NCBI GenBank assembly: GCA_012026655.1
Contig: JAAILG010000029.1
Span: 1 to 64,000, forward strand
Direction: 5' to 3'
Source: Hydrolagus affinis
Taxonomy: Eukaryota
DNA length: 64,000 nt
Shown: piece after piece, positions 38,569-49,282 of the stretch
Layout of the letters: each line of letters starts with the position of its first letter
Numbering within the stretch: the stretch's first letter is position 1
Notes under the pieces: model-generated
The model's database searches: none
What the model saw: only the letters and a program-made list of their open reading frames with translations
What the model was told of the DNA's origin: nothing
Program-made: the position numbers and the translations under genes

Positions 38569-39669
38569 TGGCTGTATACAATAAAGTATACCACCAAGAA
38601 AGCGTTTGCAGGAACAAATACCAAACCTGTAACAGTAGATTTACATCAAGAGCCCATGTGCAAAGTGCTACTTTTGCACCTCATGTTAATTAAACAGATA
38701 AGCTTTGATGTGACGAAGCTTATCTGGTCTAAATTAGTCAAATGAATTTTGATCTGGCAGGCGATAAGGAAATTGAGTAGTCAACCTTTTACTGATTGGG
38801 GCCGAGTGTTTGTTTAACCTGGTCTTTTACAGTAACTGAGCCGAATTTGCCATGCTCCAACCGGGAAAATGAAACGTAATTTATGAAGTAAGTAGACTGA
38901 GAACTACAGTAATTCTCTTTCATCAGGGGCGTGAGGAATTCGCCATTTTGTTGACATTGTACTAGTAAAGGTAAGAAAAGCAAACGCAGCGGGGATTTAG
39001 TTGAAGATTTATAGCCACTAAAGCTTTGTCAGTTCTCCAGTATTTGTACGTCCTCCTTGCCTCTGCTTGTAAATCAGATTGGAGAGGAGCTTGAGTCAAT
39101 GAATCAAACCCTAGGAAAGCTCGGTGCGCTGGATAGATCCCCAGGAGTCTGCGCACACATTAGGAGGTTCCTCAGCTGCAACCTGCTGCGGGTTAAATGA
39201 ATTGTTCCATTAGTGCGGTGATAAGGTAGCTCCATTAGGTGAAGGAGACTGTAACTTTCATTGTCACTAGGAAAAAGCAGCGCATGTGAAAGACTGAAGA
39301 TAACGGCTGTGATAGTGATTTACTGTCAAAGGAGCAGTTAACAGCACAGATGAAAACAGATAGATTGCGGAAAGATTATTCAGTCTGTCTGACTGTAACA
39401 TATCCAAAAAGAAATAATAGCCTCTATAAAACTTTTTAGAATGGTAATGAGTGAACTGACAAGAGTGCACAGCTAGAATGATAGCTGCACCAGTTAATAC
39501 TCTCCTGAGATTCCTCAACTCTTTTCCCAAAATGCTGGAGGAAAAGGTAGCTGATGGGCCAAGGATGTTTCCCAACACTCATCGTATCGCTTTCCACTGT
39601 TACAAGCAGGAATCAAGTCAAACATTCTTTTTTTTATTATAGCCATGTTGACTTCCTATTAGCAGAACC

Positions 39670-40058
39670 CAAGTCTGTGTATTCTGAAGGTGGGTTTGAG
39701 CTTTAAATTGTGATTGGAACTCGCAATCCTGTCTGGGTGTGGTGGTGGGGATGGTGGTGGGCTGGGAGGTGTGGTGCTGCATTCTTGGGAGGTTCAACCA
39801 AGTCCCCTCGGCCTGCCCTCAAGTCCACATTCGCAATCTCGTGACGCTATTGGGGAAGAGAAGAGAATTTCTCCTGGTGTCCTGGCTGATCGGCCTTCAG
39901 ATAAATTGGTCGTTTCCCCGCGCAGCTGTTTGTGGGATCACACTGGAGCAAATGGTTTCCATGCCTAGAACATGAGTCATTACAATTGACAGTAATTAGT
40001 AAGCGCTTTGAGACATTTTGGCTTTACATGACATGATAGAAATGCATGCTCCTTCTTT
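39670..40058 (+). mobile_element. Deu-domain SINE, old
   Basis: gaagagaagagaatttctcctggtgtcctggct...ataaattggtcgtt...gctgtttgtgggatc...aagcgctttgagaca. Confidence 0.75.
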
Positions 40059-40089
40059 TCTAATGTATACTGCACACAATTGCAATGCA

Positions 40090-40175
40090 ATTGCCTATAA
40101 ATACCCAGTCATGCCACTTCACAGTAAAATACTGTGTGAAATGTCTCAACGACATGATAAGGTGCTATAAAATAC
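40090..40175 (+). mobile_element. SINE 3' tail fragment
   Basis: cagtcatgccacttcacagtaaa...acgacatgataaggtgctataaaat. Confidence 0.6.
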
Positions 40176-40576
40176 AATTGGCTTACCACTGTTATTATCT
40201 CTTATTGATTGTATAACACACACTGTCTCTCTCTCACGCGCGCACACACACACACACCCCTTCGAAGCTGCTGACAGAAACTTCTTTTGGATTCTGAATG
40301 TGTTTCTAAAGTTTAACTGAAGTATTAAATCTTTCGACACGTGCACTACTGCAAGTAAATATTTTAGCAATAAAGATGTTGCTTCACAGACAGACAGTCA
40401 ATAAATAAATGAAACAGAAGAGCCACGAGCAAGCGTTTGAGTGTTCACTAAACGTGTGGGCTGTTGCAGCATGCTGTTGCTAGGATGAACCGTGCTGTGA
40501 ATGAGATAATGCAAACGGTAATTTAACCACATGGCAAGTTGCTGATCTCAGGTGTGGTGAGGTTTGGGCTGGTGAT

Positions 40577-40628
40577 ATGCTAAGCCTGGGCTCTGTACCG
40601 CCTAATGGGGAAGGAGCAAAGTTAGAGG
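40577..40628 (+). CDS. RORA: Candidate alternative first coding exon of RORA, [18 protein letters not shown], phase-1 donor
   Basis: ATG at 40577 with G at -3; 17 codons + 1 nt; donor AGG|GTGAGT at 40629. Joined to 43184 it gives G|GC (Gly), in frame with exon 2. No transcript evidence is available here. Confidence 0.55.
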
Positions 40629-41139
40629 GTGAGTCACTCCACCCGACAACTTAAAGCTGCTTTTGCAGAAGCGCAGATACATTCTGTCAGAATTGTTGCA
40701 CACTTCGAAGGCCCTGCCTTACGCAAATTTCCATTCAGCAAGCAAAATGCACTTTTGCAAAACAGGCTTAGCTCTGTCTCTCGCTGATAACTGTATGCTT
40801 CTTACCAAAGCGTATTCTGCTGCTATCTGCAATTGGAGGTTGGTACTTCAGTGTGTCGCCTTTGTATCACATATTCACTGGATCAGAAAAAACATTTGAG
40901 TCCATAGCTAGAGAGGGGTGGGACGTGAGTGGGACATTGGCCACCTAACTTGGCTGGAATTCTGAGGCTTTTTTTTCCTGATGACAAAAACCCATCAAAA
41001 AGCTAAATTATCAATATGTTGTACCGTGAAGTAGTAAACAGGAAAACAAAAGTTTTTTTTATAAACAGACATTTACTGTTTGAAATGATACTGACCGCCA
41101 ATCAAAAACTGTTGAGTTGAAAGAAAACCAAAAGTGTGG

Positions 41140-41283
41140 TAGTTAGACTGTTTGTGGGACACTGCTGTGCACAATTGGCTGCTGTGTTTCACCCATAAAA
41201 CTAACAGTCAGTTTACTCTGCAATATATTCTGTGAAGCGCTTTGAGGCATCTTAACGTTGTGATAAGGATTAAAATTATTACT
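41140..41283 (+). mobile_element. SINE 3' half
   Basis: gactgtttgtgggacactgctgtgcacaattggctgc...tgtgaagcgctttgagg. Confidence 0.88.
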
Positions 41284-42035
41284 ACCGGGGTTTAACCTCA
41301 GAAAGTAGAGCTTCGAACATCACAAATTGGATTATTCAAATTTCTTTTTTTTAAAAAAGAAATAAAATCTCACTCACTGTAATGCTTCACTTGATTTATT
41401 TAAAGCCAGATTTACTAACCGTCTCTGTAACATACAACCACACAAACCAGAACTGTTCTGCTGATGGTCACATTTGTTTTTTAAAAATGGCAACTTTTTT
41501 GGTTGTGTTCTATGTAGTACACATGCACACTACAAAATAGCCTCAACAAATTGACAACACTGGTTAAAAACATATGCTGTGTTGCCTTACCCATCACCTG
41601 CAATATATGAGTTTCGGAAGCGTTCCTGTGAGCTGATTTCATTTTGGCCACTTAATATATGGCAGCTTAGGAAATGGTGCTCTGAAGGGCTGTAAAATGG
41701 AGTCTGCGGTTTCTTATATACAATCAGTTTCATATCATAACATTCTTTGCCTGTGTACTCCATAGAGGTATATCATTTCAGTTATATTGATGTACTAATA
41801 GAACCCAGGAGGGATAATTAGAGCCTTAAACACACCACATAATAACCTTTCAATATACACTATACACATACCACCACCAAATAACCTTTATGAGCTCCGT
41901 ATGCCAAAATTATTAGGATTCAGAAAAAGCCATTTGGTGCCACAATCCCCTACAAATTGATAGTTCTTAAACACAGCAACCTGCTGCCCTCTCATCATGT
42001 CCCTGCAAAATGCACTCAAGAGATACTTTGTGAAG

Positions 42036-42172
42036 TTTCGACCAAGCTTTTGGTCACCTTCCTGCCCCTGCCCCTGGCTCGGTCCTGGGATCTGCTACAG
42101 TGAAGCGCTCTGAGACGCCGTCCGGCGTGGAGGGCGCTATATAAATCGAAGTTGTTGTTGTTATTGTTGTTG
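42036..42172 (+). mobile_element. L2 family B 3' end
   Basis: ctggctcggtcctgggatc...gtgaagcgctctgagacgccgtccggcgtggagggcgctatataaatcgaa(gtt)n; same family as 48278-48904. Confidence 0.88.
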
Positions 42173-42517
42173 AAGCACTTTGAGATGTTCTTAATGTTAC
42201 GAACCCAAATGCGATGATTATTATTTTTTTAAAAAAATTTTACCTCTCAATCCACTCTTTAAAAACACATTTTAGTTAATTCAGCAATGATATACTCAGG
42301 TAAAATAAAGGATAAATGTGGCGGGAAATTTTACTGGACACAAAGTGGCCTCTTGTGTATTGGCTCTGTGTTCGTGAGTTGAAAGGTCAAAGGTAGACAT
42401 CAACATTTGTATAGCATCCCTCATACACGGTAGTGTCCACGGGCACTTCAACAGGATGGGAGAGGACGGAGGGCTCAAGGAAGATGCAAGTCACTGCCAC
42501 TAGTTGTCATGCAGAAT

Positions 42518-42584
42518 GCGCCTTGGGACGTCCTCCCGACGTGAAAGGCGCTCTATAAATGTAATTTGTTGTTGTTGTTGTTGT
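42518..42584 (+). mobile_element. L2 family A 3' tail, intact stem-loop
   Basis: gcgccttgggacgtcctcccgacgtgaaaggcgctctataaatgtaat(ttg)n. Confidence 0.9.
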
Positions 42585-42928
42585 AACGATTGATTACCAA
42601 AGGTGACTAGACTACACAGTCATCGAGCGAATTTCTAGTTGTGCTGGATGCGTTGAGAATGTTTTCCTGTTTAAGTGGCTCTGTTGGTCAAATGGAATGA
42701 AGTGAGAGGGCCAACTTGAAATGCTAATTTTCCTTCTATTTTAGGGGTCTAATCAGCTCCTGGCATATACTGAGTTATATGTATCCTGGCTTTAAATTTC
42801 ATTTACCCCAGATGTCCTGCAGAGCGTGGGCATATGTGGACGCCAGCAGACCGCCACAGAATCTACGCTTCCTATGCTTGATCTTAAAATGTGGGCTAGT
42901 GGAATGCAATGTGGCGCAGCAGAAACAC

Positions 42929-43021
42929 CATTCACTTTACAGTATATTCTGTGAAGCGCTTTGGGACGTCGATAAGATGTGAAAAGCGCTATATGAAATG
43001 CAAGGATTATTATTATTATTA
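42929..43021 (+). mobile_element. SINE 3' tail, about 160 nt upstream of RORA exon 2
   Basis: ttcactttacagtatattctgtgaagcgctttggg...aaatgcaagg(att)n. Confidence 0.9.
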
Positions 43022-43183
43022 CTCCTGAAGCCTCATGTCACATCATGTGGAGGCTCTGTTAGGGATGGGGGTATTTTAGACATTATTAAAGTACTGGTAG
43101 AGTAATACAGAATTTATCTTTAGATGGTCTGCATGTAATTGGCATGAACATGTATTTATGTGCTTTTGTCTTCCTTTTTGCAG

Positions 43184-43213
43184 GCATTTCAGTCACAAAG
43201 AAGACACACACAT
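43184..43213 (+). CDS. RORA: RORA (RAR-related orphan receptor alpha, NR1F1) coding exon 2, 30-nt microexon, phase 1-1, encoding (G)ISVTKKTHT(S)
   Basis: Acceptor tgcttttgtcttcctttttgcag| and donor |gtaagt flank exactly 30 nt: GC ATT TCA GTC ACA AAG AAG ACA CAC ACA T. The peptide equals the recalled human ROR-alpha1 segment ...[21 protein letters not shown]. The paralogous RORC exon reads ELLAAKKTHT, so RORA fits best. Confidence 0.95.
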
Positions 43214-45261
43214 GTAAGTAAACCTTTTGTAGCCTAGGCTGCTTTGACTGCAACACACAATTCTGATCACTGCGTGTTTGCTGACAACCACATCCTTTCC
43301 CAGAAGTTTATACGAATATGCACATGAAAAGTAAAAATGCACTGAAAGGCAGAGAAGTAAATCAATAATGGTAGCAGTCAAAAACTGTGATCGAAAAGGG
43401 GACATGAAAGATGATTAACTTTAAATGTTGTTCTGGGACAGATATTTACAATATCCATAAAATATAACCAGCATCATTTTTCAGTGAATTTTTTTTAAGT
43501 TACCTTTTTTTGCACAGCTTATATATTTTTCAAGATGTGAACGATTTTCCGATAACTCACAGTGCTTATTTGCATGCATGCTTGGTTTGCTGTTTGAACA
43601 ATCTAAGGTGACCTATTGATTTGGGGGAGGGTGTTATAGTGATGTGGTTTATACATGTCTGCGAAATGTACAATGTCAACCTTAATCAGTAAAAACTTGA
43701 GAGTACGTGGTCTTGGGCAACTGGTTATTTCAACGTAAAATTTTAAATCTTTTGCATTTGTTCTGTTTGAGAAATCCTTTCTTGTAAGAGCAGATGTGTG
43801 CTGTGCTACTGATTAACTTCTAGAACCGTCTAATTAAAAATTGCAGTTCACTTGAATTGTCGGAGTTAAATTTTGACAAACAAATCTTTTGCATCGTGAA
43901 AAGAAACCTGTTTCAGACTGGAATCTCAAAGCTTCCATGAGTGATAACCTGGGATTTAAAATACATGCAATGCACTCACAGAGAATCACACAACTGCTAT
44001 GTACTTCATTAAGGACTGTTATGCCTTGTTGAACTTAAAGGATAAGTAAGATGTTAGTTAACTGGGCTCCATAGAGTGGCAGCTCCTGGTGAAAGGGAGT
44101 CGTCAGGTTATTGAATTTGTTTCCTTTGACCTTCCATTTAAAACACTGGATAATTGAAACTGAGTTTAACCATGGATATAAGAGCCTTGACTTGCGTTCC
44201 CAATTGCCGAATTCCTGTTCCTGGATCCGAGATGAGGCTGTGTGCTTTTACAATGCCACGTTTGCAATTTATGTTCCCGTGGGGAAGGCCAGAGGATAAG
44301 AAAATGAGGTGGAGTGGGGAAAGAATGTAGAACAAATAACACAAGCAAAATCGTTTCTCGGCTAAGTCAGCGAGGCGCTAATCACGTCACAAAATATCAT
44401 TTTCTGCCACTCAGCCAGTGTGCCCTTTTTAAAGAAAACTAAATGAAGAACATGTAAGGTTTGAAGATTGCCATTTTGTATAAGTGGTTGTTTAAATTGA
44501 GACAGCAGTCACACTTTATGGTGCTTTAAGTATATCTTAAAGTAGCCGGTGACATTGCAGAGAGCTGACATCGGTGACACAGATGGTGTAAGTTGCTTCA
44601 ATAGCTCTTTTCATTTTATTTAGAAGCGAGTCTTGGAAAGGGGACGTGACCTTCAGACAAAAGAAATGGCAATTGTTGCAAACAACACCCATTCACCTGC
44701 TTTAGAGTACTAAGAGTGAAGACTATTAAGAGTGCCAATGGTGTGTCCAGGCAGAACTTCAGTGATGAATGAAGGATTCTTTGCTTGGAGATAGACTCTT
44801 TGGTGTCTAGTTCAAGTGATTCATTCCATGTCTCTGGGAATATTTTGAGTAGTTTTGTAGAAGGTGGTATTCTTATCTCACAGTTTGTATGAATAGATGT
44901 TCAAGTGAGATTTATGCTGCAGCTATTACAATCCACACAGGAAGTCACATCACTCAGGATACATCATTGATCACACCCCGATAATGTTTGTCTTCTGCTT
45001 TCAAGCTGTTTCCCCAAAGATATAGCAGATCCCATGATAATGACAGCCCTGAACAAGCTTCCTTTCTGTGTCTTACGGTACTCACTCTTTGCGTTATCAG
45101 AAATCTTTATCACCCTTGGGTAAATGATACATAAATAGCAAAGTATAATAAAGTGGCACTTCTGTAGTATTTCAAGATCTTCCCAGAGTCCCATTACTCA
45201 GAGACAACAAGCTATTAGGAATCAGCCGCAGATAATGACACCAATTCTGTGCTTTGTTAAC

Positions 45262-46085
45262 CTATGTTACAGTTGAATGTCAAGAAGACTGAGGCCATCC
45301 TGATTGGCTCACGCCTGGGCCTCCGCACCTCAGGCATCAACCTCCATGGATACACACTCCATCTCACCAAGCCAATCAGAAACTTAGGTGTCTTGTTCGA
45401 TCCTCAATTGTCTTTTCTCCCCCACATTTGTGCCATGACCAGCTCTGTCTTCCCTCACCTCTGCGACATTGCCCTACTCCGCCATTACCTCACTCATTAG
45501 GCCGCTGGAACTCTTATCCATGCCTTCATCACGTCCAGGCTCAACTGCCCAATGCCCTGCTTGTCGGCCTTCCCAATTCCTCCCTCCGTAGGCTGCATAT
45601 CATCCAGAACTCTTCAGTCCGCTCCATGAACCTATCACCCCTATTCTCACCCGACTCCACTGGCTTCCCATCACATAGTAGAGGATTCAATTGAAGATCC
45701 TGGTGCTCACTTTGAAAGCCCTCCATACCCTGCCCTACATCTACGATCTCCTAACCCCCTACCAAACTGTCCATTCCCTCTGCTCAGCGGGCTCCGGCCT
45801 GCTCCATGTCCCCTGACCCACCTTCCCTACCATTAGCGGGCGAGCCTTCACCCATTCTGCCCTGAACTTTTAGAATTTCATCCTACAATACTACACCTCG
45901 TCACCTCCCCAGCCTCCTTCAAGTCCCACTTCAAGACCTCCTCTTCGACCATGTCATAAGTCACTCTCCTATCCCCCACTTCCATCTACCCTCCCCAATC
46001 CCGAGCCCAGCTCGGGTCCAAAAGACTTCCTTGGATGACCTCCCAACACATAAGGAGCTATACAAAGGTTATTTTATTGTTGTTA
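45262..46085 (+). mobile_element. L2 LINE 3' fragment (frameshifted ORF2)
   Basis: LQLNVKKTEAILIG...IRNLGVLFDPQLSFLPHI; NALLVGLP; tail near 46030-46085. Confidence 0.92.
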
Positions 46086-47274
46086 CTATGTTACATATTC
46101 TTAGTGAAAAACATCTGAAATCAAAACCACCTTCTTGTTGTGTTCACCATGCAAGTGAGAGCATCAGAGGAATCAAGTAGATTTTATTTTAGAGACAAAA
46201 ATCTGGCTCTTTGCTGTGAGGCTGCTGTTACAGGGAAGCTGTTTCCCAAGTGTTTGGTAAACATTTTGGGGAAGAGGTGATGTTTCGAGTTGAAGTGTTT
46301 CCAGTGCTCAGCATTTGCAGAAATACACATCAAAACCATCATTTGCCATGGTCATAGGTTATGTGTTTCTTAAATGTACTCTGTAAGTTGCAGATACTTT
46401 TGAAAACACAAATTAAACCCATTAAATGATGTCTGGGAATCAAATAGAGGACTACATACAGATTTCCTTTCAATGATGTGGCCTGCGCACTTTGGTTACA
46501 GATGTCACTCATGAAACTGAAATTCCCCACACCCTATAGAAACCAGTGATTCATACCTTTCCCATCTTCTATACACGCCACCATTCTGCCACATGAGCAG
46601 TGGGACATGTGAAGTGAACAAGCATTTTCTAGTCTTTGCCAGTAGAACCTTTTTGTGTTAAATAATCAAGATCGTTCAGATCACTGTAAAATTCTGAAAA
46701 GCTTACTTAACTTGGGAGCTGTTTCTCTACAATACTGAAAAAGAACCAGCTTCCAAACTTAGACTGAATTGAAGAACTTTCAACTCTTAACTGTTGCAAT
46801 CTTAAAATTGAGGATGTTGGCTAAGAGTAGGTGAAATTTCAAGATTAAGACCCTCGCCCAAATTGAAAGTATGCAAGATAAGACTGATATCAATGGCAGC
46901 TGTGCTTAAGCAGATTGCAGTTTTCAAGGAATTATACAGCCTGCCAATACTCTCATGTCAAGCTCCCACATAAATAATGGTGACTTGGGCTAATCAGATG
47001 GTCCCTGCTGCCTTAGAATCAGTTGATGGTTAAAAAAAATCAAAGTCCTTCTGGAGAAGGTATGGGAAGAGGGAATTATCTTCAGAAAACTCTAGTGTAT
47101 TAATTATGTATTAATTTCGCATTTGATCTGACACTTCACCATGTCATTGAGCAAACTCAAAGTGCTTCAAGGGTTTATAATGAGGTGTAGTGATGGTGTC
47201 TGTGGGCAGATTATTATATCTGTTCAAAGCTGTCACCCACTAGTTTAATTTCTTCCTCAAAGTATTCTGTTAAA

Positions 47275-47410
47275 TTCATCGTAGAATTTTACAGCACAAA
47301 AGGACGCCATTCGGCTCTTTGAAAAGAGCTTTCCAAAGTCAATCCCACTCCCTGGCTCTCTCCCCATAACCCCGCAAACCCGTCCTCCCCAAATAACCAT
47401 CCAATTGTTA
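47275..47410 (-). mobile_element. CR1 LINE 3' terminus
   Basis: atcgtagaatttacagcacaaaaggacgccattcggctctttgaaaagagc...ctctctccccataacccc. Confidence 0.75.
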
Positions 47411-47429
47411 GTGAGCATTAGATCAGTTG

Positions 47430-47620
47430 CTTTTAATGCGAGATTGATTAGCCCTTGTGGTGGCTGAGTGCAGATAGCATCCTGTATACAGAGCTAAATG
47501 TGCATGACCGCAAGTGATTATTGAAGCTGAGTCAAGTGCATTATTTAAAAAGTGGGTTTAGGGGAAAGTGCAGAGAAATGGCAGTCGAGTGGATAGCTTC
47601 GATGGGGAGCTCAGTTGTGA
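47430..47620 (+). mobile_element. CR1 LINE 3' fragment, degraded
   Basis: ttgaagctgag...tttaaaaag...ggggaaagtgcagagaaatgg...gtggatagct. Confidence 0.5.
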
Positions 47621-47849
47621 TTAGTTGAACCCTGTGTGCATAATTTGTGCTACATCTTGCTACCTGTAGAATTTTCTACCCCTTGATTTTAGATTAGAAA
47701 AATCTAATTAACATATCCAGAGATGTACCCTGTAAAAATGAGCTGTGTATCGCAATTATATGTTCTTTCCAACGTCAATTGGGGGGGTGGGCTGAGAGTG
47801 AGAGAGAAGGAATGTGGTGTGTAATAATTATCAGTTACTATAATTATTA

Positions 47850-47926
47850 CATGATATGCATGTATATGTATATGTATATATTATACATTAATATATGCAT
47901 GTATATATGCATATATATACATGCAT
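47850..47926. repeat. AT-rich (TA/ATGC) low-complexity repeat, quasi-palindromic
   Basis: atgcatgtatatatgcatatatatacatgcat. Confidence 0.85.
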
Positions 47927-48277
47927 TCTCCTCCATCTCTCTATTTATTAATAAATTCCAGAAGTGGTTGATCTGGTATTTCTTAACAGTCTTCATTTCT
48001 GACACTGATGTAACACTTTTGCTATTTTCAAGTACTCTGTAATATTTCTTCTCTACTTATCCTATCGTGACCTATCTGAGGCCGGAAACTTCACACTTGT
48101 TTTATTTAGCCTCAACACTATTGCCTTAAAATGCAAAACTCACGCAGAATTTTGGAAAGCTTTTAATACCTCTTAATTTGGAAATTGGTGAACTGCTGAG
48201 TTTTTTAAGAAGTGCGGAAGAAACGGTTTCCTTTTACCTATAGCAAGCAACAGTACAGCACAGAGAAATTAGATGGA

Positions 48278-48904
48278 TCGCCCGTCTCCGGCAATACCTC
48301 ACCCTAAAAGCCGCTGAAACCTTGGTCCATGCCTTTGTCACTTCTTGGCTGGACTATTGCAACTCCCTCCTCGCTGGTCTCCCCGCCACCACAATCCACA
48401 AAATCCAGCTAATTCAAAACTCTGCTGCCCGCATACTCACCCATACCAAGCTTCGCTTCCCCATTACCCCAGTCCTTGCCAGACTTTACTGGCTCCCTGT
48501 CCCTGAGAGGATCGACTTCAAGATCCTCACCCTTGTTTTCAAGTCCCTCCACTCCTCTGCACCCCACTACCTCTCTGAGCTCCTCTCTCCCCAAACCAGC
48601 ACCCGCTGCCTTCGCTTCACCGGTCTGGCCTCCTCCATGTCCCCCGAATACTCCGCTCCACCTTCGGTGGCCGTGCCTTCAGCCACTATGCTCCAAGGCT
48701 CTGGAACTCCCTTCTTCATTCCCTTCACCTCGTCCCCTCTCTTCTCAGTTTCAGATCACAGCTAAAAAACCTTTCTCTTCGACCGTGCCTTTGGTCACCT
48801 TTCTACCCCTGGCTCGGTCCCAGGATCCGCTATTGTGAAGCTCTCTGAGACGCCATCCGGCGTGGAGGGCACTATATAAATCAAAGTTGTTCTTGTTATT
48901 GGTT
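48278..48904 (+). mobile_element. L2 family B 3' fragment, relatively young
   Basis: ORF 48322-48765 VHAFVTSWLDYCNSLLAGLP...IQNSAARILT...PVLARLYWLPVPERIDFKILTLVFKSLH; family B stem-loop tail. Confidence 0.95.
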
Positions 48905-49029
48905 GTAAATAAAGGCTGTTTGCTAAGATTTTATAAAGAAAGTTGTGGGTAATTGGCACTGAATTACAGGTTAAAGTCTTAACAGGGGCATCAGATGTTC
49001 TATATGTGGGCAATTGAAAGGTGGATTAT

Positions 49030-49282
49030 GTAACAACAACAACAATGGCAAAATTATATTTGTGGAGTGCCTTTTCCCAAGGCGCTGAATAGTCGGGGGT
49101 CAGGGCCTGAGCATGTGGAGGGTGGGGTGGGGTGGGCAGGTTGGGATGACGGAGGGCAGAGAGGTAGGAGGGTCGTGAGTCGGGCCTTGAAGGAGACAAG
49201 ATAGGGAGCAAGGCAAAGGGATTGGGGGATGCAGTTCCAATGGTGGGGACAGAGAGGGTGAGACATGGAGCAGGTCAGAGCT
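49030..49282 (-). mobile_element. L2 LINE 3' fragment
   Basis: (AAC)n, ttcccaaggcgctg; minus ORF HWNCIPQSLCLAPYLVSFKARL. Confidence 0.88.

Noticed and set aside
44350-44372. U2 snRNA 5' end resemblance (atcgtttctcggctaag)
   Set aside because: Only about 17 nt, needs a gap, and the rest of U2 is absent.
46855-46885. gcccaaattgaaagtatgcaag as the RORA zinc-finger exon (QIEIIPCK)
   Set aside because: No acceptor site and the frame does not continue as IIPCKICGD. That exon appears to lie beyond the window.
48322-48765. 147-aa ORF, and similar ORFs at 17974-18351, 38262-38624 and 45264-45500, as host genes
   Set aside because: All translate as L2 ORF2 C-terminal fragments with frameshifts; these are transposon remnants.
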